Assembly (NCBI GenBank): GCA_963769935.1
Contig: CAVYNY010000028.1
Coordinates: 1 to 64,000, forward strand
Origin: an uncultured delta proteobacterium
GTDB lineage: Bacteria > Desulfobacterota > Desulfobacteria > Desulfobacterales > JAFDCJ01
Length of the DNA stretch: 64,000 nt
Direction: 5' to 3'
Of the stretch, positions 29,038 to 39,570 are shown piece after piece. Every line of letters begins with the position of its first letter. Position 1 is the stretch's first letter. The translations under genes were made by a program, and so were the position numbers. The notes beneath the pieces are model-generated. The model was not told the DNA's origin. It searched no databases and was given only the letters and a program-made list of their open reading frames with translations.

Positions 29038-30033
29038 CTACTTCATCAAACCGACTTCTTTATAATATTTCACGGCCCCCGGATGGAGGGGTGCGGACAA
29101 ACCTTCCAGCATGCTCTCTTTGGTCAGGCCGGTGTAAGCGGGATGAAGCTTTACAAATTCATCAAAGTTGTCGAAGACTTCTTTGACAATGGCGTAGACG
29201 ACCTCATCGGGAACTTTGGCGGAAGTCACAAAGGTGGCTTTCACACCAAAAGTGGGGACATCTTCGGTATTCGCCGCTCCGGGATAAAATTCCGTTACCC
29301 GGGTGACCGCCTTGGCATAATAAGGATATTTTTTAAGCAGACTCTCGATATTGGTGATGGGAATGAACTTCACCTGGCGTTTGCCGGAGGTGGCCTCTTT
29401 ATAGTAGCCGCTGGGATGTCCCACCGTGTAAAAGGCGGCATCTATCCGGCCGTCCTGGATCAGTCCGGGCGCTTCCGGGGCCTTAAGGCTTTCCGCATTA
29501 AAATCTTTTTCCCAGTTCAACCCATTGGCTTCCAGGGCATCGATGGCATTTTGGCGGTAGCCGGACCCGACGTTGCCGATGTTGACCCGTTTGCCCTTGA
29601 GATCCTGGATGCTGTTGATGTCGGCATCCACCGCGGCGATCAGGTCAACCGTTTCCGGGTGGATGGAAAATACCGCCCGCAGGTCCTTCTGGGGGCCTTT
29701 GTCTTTCCAGTCTTCGATTCCCATGACGGCCTGGTACTGGCGATCGGATTGGGCCACCCCGAAATCCAGGTCGCCTGACATAATGGCATTGATGTTGAAC
29801 ACGGATCCGCCGGTGGACTCCACCGTGGCCCGGATGCCGTACTCCTGGCGCTTCTTGTTGACCATCTTGGCAATGGCGCCGCCGGTGGGATAGTAAACAC
29901 CCGTGATCCCGCCCGTTCCGATGGTGACGAACGTGATTTTAGCAGCCTGCGCATTTTGTTCAAAAAACCCTAAACCTGCCAAGAGGGTAAGGCCGAATAC
30001 AATTGCTGTTGCGAAAACGACGAACTTTTTCAT
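29038..30033 (-). CDS. TAXI-family TRAP solute-binding protein
   Basis: IGTGGITGVYYPTG, STGGSVFN, PLHPGAVKYY; start set at ATG 30033 after AAGGAGG. Confidence 0.95.
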   Translation of the reverse strand: MKKFVVFATAIVFGLTLLAGLGFFEQNAQAAKITFVTIGTGGITGVYYPTGGAIAKMVNKKRQEYGIRATVESTGGSVFNINAIMSGDLDFGVAQSDRQYQAVMGIEDWKDKGPQKDLRAVFSIHPETVDLIAAVDADINSIQDLKGKRVNIGNVGSGYRQNAIDALEANGLNWEKDFNAESLKAPEAPGLIQDGRIDAAFYTVGHPSGYYKEATSGKRQVKFIPITNIESLLKKYPYYAKAVTRVTEFYPGAANTEDVPTFGVKATFVTSAKVPDEVVYAIVKEVFDNFDEFVKLHPAYTGLTKESMLEGLSAPLHPGAVKYYKEVGLMK

Positions 30034-30505
30034 TTGATCCTCCTTATGATTGATTGGGTTGAAACATGTGTCCTTGAACATCCTGTGGACTATCAATTTA
30101 TCCCGGATATCACCCCTTTCCGTGCGGATTTAGATATTAATATCGGATTAGAGTTTGAATTGCGTTCAGGATCTTTAACCCTGTATCAAATCGATTGATT
30201 TAATGCAACCCGTTACGGGAAAAAAAACGGTTGGAGGCTGGGAGGCCGGATAATGGATGCCGGAAGCCGGCGTAAAAATAATTAAGTTGATAATTTGATA
30301 AGTAGATTGGACCGGTTAAATCTGCTGCGCTCCTCTTCTACGAAGAATTTAACGGGCTGAAAGTTGATAAGGTTGATTGGATTGTTGATTGCCGGAAATA
30401 TACGGGTTAACGGTTTGAAGTTTAAGATACCATTCGGATGCTTAATAGTTTCAATATTTCAGTATCATACAAGTATACTTGCTGAGGCATCCTGCCCCTG
30501 GCAGG

Positions 30506-31816
30506 CTAACCCAGCACAGAGAAACTGCTGTCACTTACAATGTCACGATTTCGTGAAAAGAAACCCGTATTCAAATTGAAACCTGTATGCTTCAGTACTA
30601 TGGTCACAGGTTCATGGTCGTGATCATGTCCGTTTTCACAGGCTTCGATGATCCGGGACATGATCTGCCCGATGACCGGTCCGTTTTTGTACTGGTTGCC
30701 GCTGGTGCCGATGGCAAGATAAAAACCATCAAGATCGGATTTGTCATAAATCGGAATCCAGTCATCGGACACGTCGTAGAGATCTGCCAATCCTTTCGGA
30801 CGGTTCGGTATGGGCAGGTCGGGGATACGGAGCGCCAGACGGTAAACCTGGGCCCTCCACTGGGTATCGGTGACGTCACGGTTGAAATGGTCCGGGTCAT
30901 CAACCCAATCACGCTTATCACAGTCCGGATCTTCACTGCCCACTAGAATAATGTTCCCGGCTTCGGGTCTGTGGTAGCCTGCCAGGTCCCCGTCTCCTAC
31001 CGTTATCCCCTCATCTTCATAGGAAAACTGTGCAGGAGAAGGAACAAAATGCACTTCGTGCCGGAGCGGTCTTGTTTTTATCTTCATTTTTTTATCAATG
31101 CCGGCAAGTCGGTTAACAATAAAGGAATGGGGTCCGGAGGCATTGACGACCACTGGCGCATTAAATGTCTGCCCGTTTTTTAATGTTATACCGGAAACAT
31201 GGTTAGAATGCTTGCGGATTTCTACCACCTCGGAATTGAACATGAAGGTGGCGCCGTTTAATTCACTCGCCTGCTGGATATTTGCAACCGAAAGCTGGGG
31301 ATCATTAATGTAACCGTTGTTGGGAAAAAACAACACAACCGGATTAATCTTATCCACAGGAGGATTAAAAAAATCGGGGTCATCGGGTCGCTTGGGGGGG
31401 AAAAATGAATCATCTACAAAATGAGGCATGCGCTTGAGTAACTGCTCCGGAGTCCATATTTCGTAAGGGATTTTCAATGCATCATGGTGTTTGATATATT
31501 TGCTCCAGTCAAAATTTTTCTTATTTAAGACAACCGCACCTGTCTGAATAAACCTGGCAAGACTTTTTGAAGTTTTTATGTTGAGATATCCTGCCCAGTT
31601 TTTCCAATAGAAGGAACTCTCATAGGCCACAGCAGTTCCTTCCAGAGTAGAATAATGCGTTCGTATGATGGCGCAGGTGGAGCTGGTGGAACCGTGTCCG
31701 GCAGCCGGCAGTTTGTCGACAACCAATGTCTTGTATCCTTTTTTGGAAAGTTCAAAGGCCGTAGAAGCTCCGGTTATACCGGCGCCAATGATAATCTGAT
31801 CATAGTTTTTCGTCAT
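30506..31816 (-). CDS. FAD-dependent oxidoreductase (DAO / sarcosine oxidase beta family)
   Basis: IIIGAGITG, SSTCAIIR, YDVSDDWIP, GTSGNQYK; start set at ATG 31816. Confidence 0.9.
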   Translation of the reverse strand: MTKNYDQIIIGAGITGASTAFELSKKGYKTLVVDKLPAAGHGSTSSTCAIIRTHYSTLEGTAVAYESSFYWKNWAGYLNIKTSKSLARFIQTGAVVLNKKNFDWSKYIKHHDALKIPYEIWTPEQLLKRMPHFVDDSFFPPKRPDDPDFFNPPVDKINPVVLFFPNNGYINDPQLSVANIQQASELNGATFMFNSEVVEIRKHSNHVSGITLKNGQTFNAPVVVNASGPHSFIVNRLAGIDKKMKIKTRPLRHEVHFVPSPAQFSYEDEGITVGDGDLAGYHRPEAGNIILVGSEDPDCDKRDWVDDPDHFNRDVTDTQWRAQVYRLALRIPDLPIPNRPKGLADLYDVSDDWIPIYDKSDLDGFYLAIGTSGNQYKNGPVIGQIMSRIIEACENGHDHDHEPVTIVLKHTGFNLNTGFFSRNRDIVSDSSFSVLG

Positions 31817-31847
31817 TTTGCCCCCGTCATGTTGCTGAAAAAGCGCA

Positions 31848-32864
31848 TCACCCCAGTTGAAACCCAAATTTCATGGGATCTTCCCTGTGTGATATTAATT
31901 GATTTATTCCTGTAATATAGGCTTGAGATGAAATCCTCGGTATGACTTTGACAAATCCGTTTTCTTCATACGCGTGGACAACTCTTCCCTTGAAAAGAGT
32001 CCCTGTGATGCTTTCATTGATAAAGACCTCATCAATGTCTAATTCACCTCTGGCATAAAGGGCCGCCATCTTGGCGGATGTGCCTGTCCCGCAGGGAGAC
32101 CGGTCCACTTGACCCGCGCCGAATACAACAACATTCTTACAGTGTGCATCCGGATGATCGGGTTCATCATATAGCTCTACAACATCTACTGTTTTAAAGT
32201 AAGACTTTTCCTTAAAGTCAATCCGGATTGTTTCATTAACCGCATCACGAAGTTTCAGACATTGTTTTGATAATCGGGCTGCTTGCTCAGCGACAATAGT
32301 TAAACCAAGTGCTTTTGCCGGGCAAAGAATAAAAAATCCGGCATTAAAAGCAATATCCACCGCTACTTCACCCATTCCGTCTATTTTAACCTGCAAATCC
32401 TTTTGATACAGGAATGCGGGCACGTTTTCAATTTCTACATCAATGACTTGGTCATTCCTAACAGTTGCCCATCCTGTCACCAACCCATCCGGCGTATCTA
32501 AGAGTACCTTTGTCAGTGGTCCTGTTCTTTTGACCATTCCCAATTCGACGGCGGCGGAAATAAGTCCAATAGTACCATGCCCGCACATATACGGGTAAGC
32601 TCTCGGATAGTCTCCCGTGCTTAGAAAAATCACGCCCAGATCTGCATCCGGGTTCACGGGTTCAACCAGCGCGGCCCCAAACATATCATTATGCCCTCTG
32701 GGCTCCCGCAGGATCATGGTGCGGATCTGATCATAATTTTTTTCAAAATAATCGCGTTTTTCAAGCATGGAATTCCCCCGGATCCTTGGCAGTCCACCGA
32801 CAATGATCCGGGTTGGTTCTCCTGCGGTATGGGTATCGATAACACTTATCACTCGATCAATCAT
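31848..32864 (-). CDS. proline racemase / hydroxyproline epimerase family
   Basis: DTHTAGEPTR, EPRGH, MCGH, DRSPCGTG (both catalytic Cys present). Confidence 0.93.
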   Translation of the reverse strand: MIDRVISVIDTHTAGEPTRIIVGGLPRIRGNSMLEKRDYFEKNYDQIRTMILREPRGHNDMFGAALVEPVNPDADLGVIFLSTGDYPRAYPYMCGHGTIGLISAAVELGMVKRTGPLTKVLLDTPDGLVTGWATVRNDQVIDVEIENVPAFLYQKDLQVKIDGMGEVAVDIAFNAGFFILCPAKALGLTIVAEQAARLSKQCLKLRDAVNETIRIDFKEKSYFKTVDVVELYDEPDHPDAHCKNVVVFGAGQVDRSPCGTGTSAKMAALYARGELDIDEVFINESITGTLFKGRVVHAYEENGFVKVIPRISSQAYITGINQLISHREDPMKFGFQLG

Positions 32865-33212
32865 AATCCCTCCAGGGTATATCCCACTGGCCTAACGATG
32901 ATCACCGAATCAGGCCCTGATCCAGAATTTGACATCCGACTGGACCATGGTAAAAACCAATGAAATTTAGGCTGATTAAACGCAGCAAGCAACTACATAG
33001 ATTACATTGCTATCAGAGTAAAGCCTGATCTGGTGATATATTGAAATTATATGCATCACAAACCCGGCAAAAACAAGGAGTTGAGGTTTTCAGGCACGCA
33101 GGGTACAATTCAAAGCCTTGCAAAATGCTGTGGAATGCCATATGCAATGTCCAATGATCCATAGATTATCCTTCCGGACAGATGAATCCCCTGCTGTGAG
33201 ACATCGCCCTTA

Positions 33213-33809
33213 ATGTATGATCGACAAAATGATAAGAAAACGAATGAAGATCTTATGGGCGGGGTCGCAGCTGGGGACAAGCACGCATTTGAAACTTTGG
33301 TAGGCCGCCATCAAAGGCCGGTCCTTAATTTCATTTTTCGCTTCCTGGGAGATGCTGCCGAGGCTGAAGATCTGACCCAGGAGGTATTTTTAAGAGTCTG
33401 GAAATCTGCGGGAACCTATCGGCCTGATGCCAAATTCACGACCTGGTTGTACCGCATCGCCGCAAACCTCTGCATCAATAAGCAGCGGGCTTTACACATC
33501 AAAAAGTGGCTTGCCGGCTCTCAATTTTACAAACCGAACCGGAATTCCGAAGAAATCAATATCCCCGCCGAAGGCGCCGAGCCCACCACCGCCGAAGATC
33601 ACCTCATTATTTCCGAACAAGCGCAACTTCTATTAAATGCACTCAATAATCTGCCCGCCAACCAACGGCTGGCCATTGTTTTAAACATTTATCATGAGAT
33701 GTCCTACCATGAAATTTCAAAAATCATGGATCGTTCCGTCTCCGCTGTTGATTCTTTGCTTATCCGCGCGAAAAAAAATCTTCGAAAAAAATTGACCGGC
33801 AAAAAATAA
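33213..33809 (+). CDS. ECF sigma-70 factor
   Basis: AEDLTQEVFLRVW, FTTWLYRIAANL, region-4 HTH. Confidence 0.95.
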   Translation: MYDRQNDKKTNEDLMGGVAAGDKHAFETLVGRHQRPVLNFIFRFLGDAAEAEDLTQEVFLRVWKSAGTYRPDAKFTTWLYRIAANLCINKQRALHIKKWLAGSQFYKPNRNSEEINIPAEGAEPTTAEDHLIISEQAQLLLNALNNLPANQRLAIVLNIYHEMSYHEISKIMDRSVSAVDSLLIRAKKNLRKKLTGKK

Positions 33810-33892
33810 AAGCGCAGGTTTTGGGAACTTCAACTGTTTAAATAATTTGATTAGAAAGTATTTTCCCATCTTCTTTCAGATCAAGAAGGATT

Positions 33893-34402
33893 GTGATGAA
33901 AACTTGCCAAAGTGTCGGGAAAAAACTGTCGGCCTATCAGGATGGCGAACTCGGGTCGGCTGAAGATAACGCTATCGAAGCCCATCTGCTCACCTGTGAA
34001 GCCTGCCGCAAGAAGCATGCGGCGCTGTTGCGTACCTGTCGAATGCTCAGGAGCCTGCCTGAAATTGAACCTCCCCCCGGACTTTCCCGCCGGATATTGG
34101 ACAAAGCCACAGCAGCGCGGGAACCGTTTTGGGTTCGAACCCGGGGCAATGCTTTCCGATTGTTGCCGGCACCCGCAGCCATGATCGCTCTGGCGGCCGC
34201 CGGTCTTTTGGTCGGGACGATGTTGGGCAATTTCTTGACCGAAACGCGATTTCACCCTTCCCGGACATTTTCGGCTCTTCATTCGGACCAGGCGCTCACA
34301 CTGGCATCGGTTCAGGTTTTTGATGCAACGCCGCCGGGGTCTTTTGCGGAAGGTTATCTGAAACTGGCGGGCCACAACCCGGAGAGAACGCATGAAAAAT
34401 AA
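33893..34402 (+). CDS. zinc-binding (ZAS) anti-sigma factor
   Basis: LSAYQDGEL...HLLTCEAC (HxxxCxxC) plus a TM helix. Confidence 0.9.
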   Translation: MMKTCQSVGKKLSAYQDGELGSAEDNAIEAHLLTCEACRKKHAALLRTCRMLRSLPEIEPPPGLSRRILDKATAAREPFWVRTRGNAFRLLPAPAAMIALAAAGLLVGTMLGNFLTETRFHPSRTFSALHSDQALTLASVQVFDATPPGSFAEGYLKLAGHNPERTHEK

Positions 34403-34874
34403 ATGGATTGCCATGATTTTGGTTTTATCCCTGGCGATGAACGCGGCGGTCCTGGCGGCGGCCGGATACGGCTATTATCACAACCGCAGTCGGCCGACTG
34501 CCGCCGGCGGTCAATCACCTGAAGGGGATCATCATTTTTACGAGATGCTGGGGCTTACACCGGCGCAATTGGAAAAGATGACCCCTATGGCGGCGTCATT
34601 TCATGAACGTCTAAAGAGCCTCCATTCCGGAATGGATAAAAAAAAGGCCGCCATGATAGGCCTTTTAGCCGGTGAAAGTGTGGCGCTAAACCGGATTGAA
34701 GCGTTGCGCAAGGAGATGGCCGCTATTCAGGACGAAATTCAAAAAACGGTAATCGCGCATGTCCTGGATGTTAAAGCGGTCCTGGATCCTGATCAGCAGG
34801 AACGCTTCTTCGACCTGCTGCGCCAAAGCATGACCCGGGAACGCGGCGTGTTCTCCGGAGCAGGAGAAAAGTAA
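34392..34874 (+). CDS. periplasmic heavy-metal sensor (CpxP/Spy/ZraP/CnrX-like)
   Basis: LVLSLAMN anchor, LGLTPAQ and LDPDQQ repeats, His/Met-rich. Confidence 0.8.
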   Translation: MKNKWIAMILVLSLAMNAAVLAAAGYGYYHNRSRPTAAGGQSPEGDHHFYEMLGLTPAQLEKMTPMAASFHERLKSLHSGMDKKKAAMIGLLAGESVALNRIEALRKEMAAIQDEIQKTVIAHVLDVKAVLDPDQQERFFDLLRQSMTRERGVFSGAGEK

Positions 34875-34912
34875 GGCCAAAAGGGTGAATATTAACGAGA
34901 TGGAGGGCTGGA

Positions 34913-36163
34913 ATGAACCTGCGTTACTTGAGAAATGAACTTTATTACCAGAAACGAAGAACTCTGGCGGCCGTCATCGGCCTCTCCATCGGGATTGCGC
35001 TTCTAATTATCCTCAACGCCCTGTCGATGGCTTACCGCCGCGCAGCCCGCGTGCCTCTCCAGGAAATCGGTGCGGATATCGCTGTCCAGCGGTCGGGTGA
35101 TGTCCCGAAAGAACTCACTGGGGTCGTCTTCCCTTGTTCGGCGGTGACGATCCGCGCCGATGAGCTGAAAAGGATCGAGGCCTTGCCGGGGGTGCGCAAA
35201 GCAGGCAAGGCCGTCCTGCTGTGGGTCTTCGATCCCAACCGGGCGTGGATTGTTCTCGGAGTTGAGCAGCAAAATTCCGTCGGCCCTTCCGTTCTTCGCC
35301 ACTCTGTCATCGAAGGACGCTTTCTCAAAGAGGGCAAGCCGGAAGCCCTCGTTGAAGTTTCCTACGCCCGCCAATTCGGCATCAAGGTGGGAGACACCAT
35401 ATCGGTAGCGAAAACGGACTATCCGGTCGTCGGGCTTGTAGATGCATCCCGGGCTGCGAAAATCGCGGTTGCCAATGTCTATCTGCCGCTGTCGGAGGCG
35501 CAACGACTGGCAGCCTCATCGGAGCAGGTGCAGGCGGTCTCGCCGTTCAATCCGGCTGATGTCAACCTGCTCTTCATCAAGGCGGATGAAGAAAAAATAC
35601 CCGAATTATCCTCAGCCCTGCGGACCATGATGGGGAAAAATGCGACCATCGGCACCCCGGATTCCTTCCTGAAGCTTCTTGGCAGCCTGTTTGCCCTCTC
35701 AGATAAGTTTACCCTGGCTGCGTCCCTGATTGCCATCTTTGTCGCCGTCCTGATCGCCTTTAAGACCATGGCCGGCAACATTACCGAGCGGACAAAAGAG
35801 ATCGGGGTCCTCAAGGCCGTCGGCTGGATCAATCGCAACGTCGTAGCGCAGCTGTTGGCTGAATCGGTGGTCGAATGTTTCATGGCAGGGATTCTCGGGC
35901 TGCTCATCGCGCTTGCCGCCGCCTATGGGTTAAGCTTTATGAAAGTCAACATCCCCATTCCGTGGGAAATGAGCCCCGCGCCTCACTTCCTGCCGGGCGG
36001 GGGAGATCAGATCTTCAAGACGCTCAGGCTTCCCGTGCACGTACCGTGGACCTTGGCCGCGTTTGCCATCCTTCTTTCCGTGGTGATAGGAGGCCTCACC
36101 GGGGCGCTGCTGGGGAGAAGCATTTCAAAAATTAAACCTTCGGAGATTTTACGACATGAATAA
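34913..36163 (+). CDS. ABC permease, MacB/FtsX family
   Basis: ERTKEIGVLKAVGW; 4-TM topology. Confidence 0.92.
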   Translation: MNLRYLRNELYYQKRRTLAAVIGLSIGIALLIILNALSMAYRRAARVPLQEIGADIAVQRSGDVPKELTGVVFPCSAVTIRADELKRIEALPGVRKAGKAVLLWVFDPNRAWIVLGVEQQNSVGPSVLRHSVIEGRFLKEGKPEALVEVSYARQFGIKVGDTISVAKTDYPVVGLVDASRAAKIAVANVYLPLSEAQRLAASSEQVQAVSPFNPADVNLLFIKADEEKIPELSSALRTMMGKNATIGTPDSFLKLLGSLFALSDKFTLAASLIAIFVAVLIAFKTMAGNITERTKEIGVLKAVGWINRNVVAQLLAESVVECFMAGILGLLIALAAAYGLSFMKVNIPIPWEMSPAPHFLPGGGDQIFKTLRLPVHVPWTLAAFAILLSVVIGGLTGALLGRSISKIKPSEILRHE

Positions 36164-36824
36164 CGGAACGATTTTAACAGGGACCGGTCTTAAAAAAAAA
36201 TACGGCGATCTTGAAGTGGTCAAGGGAGTTTCCCTCTCCCTTGAAACCGGCGAATTTGCCTGCCTCGTGGGGAAATCCGGCTGCGGCAAGACGACGCTTT
36301 TGTCGCTGCTCTCCGGCCTGGAACGTCCCACGTCCGGCCGTGTAGACCTCGACGGCCAAGACATCACCAGCGCCACAGAAGACGAACTCGCGCTCTTCCG
36401 GAGAGAAAACGTCGGTTTTATCTTCCAATCCTTCAACCTGATCCCGACGCTCTCTGCCTGGGAGAATGTAGCTCTGCCGCTCTTTCCCGTAAAAATCACG
36501 CGTGCTGAAAGGAAGCGGCGGGCAGCCGACCTTCTTGAGAGAATGGAGCTGGGACAGCGGATGGACCATTTGCCCTCGGCTCTTTCGGGAGGAGAAAAGC
36601 AGCGGGTGGCCATTGCCAGAGCGCTGGTGAATCGCCCCAAGATTATCTTTGCCGATGAGCCGACCGGCAACCTCGATTCCGCAACCGAGGACGCCATCAT
36701 GGAAATTTTAAAAAGACTCCACACCCAAGAGAGGGTAGCCATCCTCATGGTCACCCATGAAGTCGAACTGGCAAACAGCGCAGATCGATTGATCCGCATG
36801 CATGACGGGGAGGTTGTATCATGA
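36156..36824 (+). CDS. ABC ATP-binding protein (LolD/MacB-like)
   Basis: GKSGCGKT, LSGGEKQR, ADEPTGNLD. Confidence 0.95.
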   Translation: MNNGTILTGTGLKKKYGDLEVVKGVSLSLETGEFACLVGKSGCGKTTLLSLLSGLERPTSGRVDLDGQDITSATEDELALFRRENVGFIFQSFNLIPTLSAWENVALPLFPVKITRAERKRRAADLLERMELGQRMDHLPSALSGGEKQRVAIARALVNRPKIIFADEPTGNLDSATEDAIMEILKRLHTQERVAILMVTHEVELANSADRLIRMHDGEVVS

Positions 36825-37243
36825 AAAAAATTCATTTGAGTTGCCTATTGGTTCTGGCCGCCGTCTCTCTTTTTTCCGGGGCCGGCGCTGCGCGCGCCTA
36901 CGCCGCAAAAAGTGCCAAGGTCGAGGTGCTCTACATGAACCACGGCCCCCTGAGGGACACGCTCGACCGGATGAGAAGTGTCTTCTCCACTTACGGCGAC
37001 AAGATCAGCGTCGCCTGGTATGATTTTGAGAGCAAGGAGGCGGAGGATTTCAAGGCCCAAAAGGGAATAAACCAGCATGTGCCGCTGGTCATCTGGATCG
37101 ACGGCAACGAGGTCGTAAAGTTGGGCTCAAAGCAGATAAAATTCGTCGGCTTTCCAACCGGCGCAGGACCCATGTTCTTTCAGGGCAAGTGGACCATCGA
37201 CGACCTGAAAGCGGCCCTTGATCAGGCCACCGGCAAAAAGTGA
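36821..37243 (+). CDS. exported protein, possibly thioredoxin-like without CxxC
   Basis: Signal peptide ending AYA; HVPLVIWIDG resembles the cis-Pro loop; ATGA-coupled to the ATPase gene. Confidence 0.6.
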   Translation: MKKIHLSCLLVLAAVSLFSGAGAARAYAAKSAKVEVLYMNHGPLRDTLDRMRSVFSTYGDKISVAWYDFESKEAEDFKAQKGINQHVPLVIWIDGNEVVKLGSKQIKFVGFPTGAGPMFFQGKWTIDDLKAALDQATGKK

Positions 37244-37250
37244 GACTGCC

Positions 37251-38492
37251 ATGGACTATCGCTACGTGCTAAAAGAGCTCCGCCACCACCGAGATCGAAC
37301 GCTTGTCAATGTCGTGGGTATCGCTGTGGGCATTACCCTCTTTGTCTCGATCAATGCCGTATCGACCGCCTATCAGAAAGCAGTGAGCCTGCCCTTCAAA
37401 AATCTCGGGGCCGACCTCGTGGTCCAGCGGCCGGAGAGGCGGACGCCGGGTTCGACGCAGGCCCCTGAATCGATGCGCGGGATACGCCTGCCGTTTTCCA
37501 ACCAGCTTCTCCCGGCGGGAGATCTCCGGAAGCTCGCATCCATCGACGGTGTCGGGGCTATGGCTTCTTCTTTGCTGCTCTGGGAATTTGACCAGGGCGG
37601 GTTCAGGACCATTATGGGCGTTGATCTCTCGCAGCCAAGCCTGGGGCCGGTCAAAGTTAAAGAGTGGCTCAAGGAGGGACGCTTTCCTCAGCAGGAAGGG
37701 GAGGCCGTACTTGAAAAACATTATGCCAAGTTTCATCACGCAGGTATCGGAGCCAAGCTGAAAATCGGAGACCGTAACTTTACCGTGGTGGGGCTTCTGG
37801 AAATCAAGGAAGGGTCCCAGATCGCCTCGGCCAATATCTACCTGCCCCTGGCCGACGCTCAGAAGCTGCTCGGCGATGAGTCCCAGGGGGTTAACGTCGT
37901 GTACCTGCGACTCAAAAATCCCTCGCTGCTGGGCCAAGTGAAGACCCGGATCGCCAAACAACTCGGCGGCGTATCGGTTACCAGCTCCGATTCATTTCTC
38001 GAATTGCTGGGCGGCGTCTCCAAGATCTCGGACCAGTTCTCGCTTCTGACATCGATGATCGCCCTGGGCGGGGCCATATTCCTGATTATCAAGACGATGC
38101 TTGCCAATCTCGTTGCCCGCTCCAGCGAGATCGGCATCTTGAAAGCAGTCGGCTGGACCGAAAAAGACGTGCAGAGGCAGTTGATGGGTGAAGCCCTGCT
38201 CCAGTCGCTTGCCGGGGGCATCTGCGGCCTGATCATGGGATATGGTGTTGCCTACCTGCTGGGGTTTGTCTCGATTCCTGTTTCAACGCCATGGGAGATA
38301 AACCTCCTTCCCGCCCTTGCGAAGAGTGCCGAAAGCGCTGCATCGGCGGCGGTCCGGCTTCCGGTGAGCATCTCTCTGGGTCTCACCACATCTGCTCTGG
38401 CGCTCTCCCTTCTTGCAGGGGCTCTCGCAAGCTATTTCATGGGCAGGCGGACATCCCGCATGAAACCCGTCGACATACTGAGGAGGCTGTGA
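37251..38492 (+). CDS. ABC permease, MacB/FtsX family
   Basis: RSSEIGILKAVGW; paralog of 34913-36163; start set at ATG 37251. Confidence 0.92.
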   Translation: MDYRYVLKELRHHRDRTLVNVVGIAVGITLFVSINAVSTAYQKAVSLPFKNLGADLVVQRPERRTPGSTQAPESMRGIRLPFSNQLLPAGDLRKLASIDGVGAMASSLLLWEFDQGGFRTIMGVDLSQPSLGPVKVKEWLKEGRFPQQEGEAVLEKHYAKFHHAGIGAKLKIGDRNFTVVGLLEIKEGSQIASANIYLPLADAQKLLGDESQGVNVVYLRLKNPSLLGQVKTRIAKQLGGVSVTSSDSFLELLGGVSKISDQFSLLTSMIALGGAIFLIIKTMLANLVARSSEIGILKAVGWTEKDVQRQLMGEALLQSLAGGICGLIMGYGVAYLLGFVSIPVSTPWEINLLPALAKSAESAASAAVRLPVSISLGLTTSALALSLLAGALASYFMGRRTSRMKPVDILRRL

Positions 38493-38865
38493 AAACCGGA
38501 AAGTTGACTTCATAGACTGACGTGCGAATTAGGAAACAGTACACAACGCAACAAGTCTCGCGATGGCGAGCAGGAAGCCCGGGTAGTTTGTATCCAACTG
38601 GATATCGCAGTGAGTAGTTTCTATCCAGAACTTGAGAGTTGGATGCAAGCATCCGCGCTTGCACACTCTCTTATGAATCGGGAGAACTTGCAGTTTCGAA
38701 GATAAGTGAAGAATCGTTCGGTTATCTTATCACCGATTTTCAGATGTGGGGAATGAACAGAGGAATGTGAACCACTGGCTGCTTCGTCCCTTGCAGAGAT
38801 CGGCGTCATGTTTATTTTTGGAGCAAAAAACTTCTGGATATACTTGCAGTTAAGGAGAAAAACAT

Positions 38866-39570
38866 ATGGGTCTAATCGTAGCAGAGAATATCACCAAAGA
38901 TTACCATGTCGGAGAACTCACCGTCCGGGCTCTGAAGGGAGTCAGTTTTAACATCGAGCCGGGTTCCTTTATTTCCTTCGTCGGTCCCTCCGGGAGTGGG
39001 AAAACGACCCTGCTGAATCTCGTCGGCTGTCTCGACAAGCCCTCGGAAGGCCGGCTTCAGGTCGCAGGAATGGATGTATTGAGCTTGGGTAAAACGGAAT
39101 CGGCTGTTTTCAGGGGCAAGAACATTGGCTTTATTTTCCAGGATTTTAACCTGATACCCGTCCTCACGGTTTTTGAAAATGTTGAGTACCCGCTGCTCAT
39201 GGTTCAAAACTCACCGCCTGAAGATAGAAAAAAAAGGGTGATGAATCTCCTGGAAGCCGTGGGGATGAGGGAACAAAAGGATAAGTACCCGGACCAGATA
39301 TCCGGCGGGCAGAAGCAGAGAGTGGCCGTCGCCAGGGCGCTTGTGACGAACCCGAAGCTTGTCCTTGCCGATGAGCCGACAGCCAACCTCGATCACAAGA
39401 CGGCGTACATGGTCATCGAACTGATGAAAAGGATGCGGGACGAATTTAAGACCACCTTCATCTTCTCAACCCATGATCAGAAGATCGTGGGAGAAGCGGA
39501 GATCCTTTATTTGCTGGAAGATGGGGAACTGGTGAGCAAACAGATGAAGGGGGGCGAAGACCATGTATAA
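38866..39570 (+). CDS. ABC ATP-binding protein
   Basis: GPSGSGKT, ISGGQKQR, ADEPTANLD. Confidence 0.95.
   Translation: MGLIVAENITKDYHVGELTVRALKGVSFNIEPGSFISFVGPSGSGKTTLLNLVGCLDKPSEGRLQVAGMDVLSLGKTESAVFRGKNIGFIFQDFNLIPVLTVFENVEYPLLMVQNSPPEDRKKRVMNLLEAVGMREQKDKYPDQISGGQKQRVAVARALVTNPKLVLADEPTANLDHKTAYMVIELMKRMRDEFKTTFIFSTHDQKIVGEAEILYLLEDGELVSKQMKGGEDHV

Noticed and set aside
33125..33140. Minus-strand sigma-54 promoter for the racemase (TGGCAT...AGCA)
   Set aside because: GG-GC spacing is one base short of the strict requirement
38495..38860. Riboswitch or ncRNA between the two ABC modules
   Set aside because: Only short inverted repeats; no recognisable family consensus (an Rfam scan would decide)
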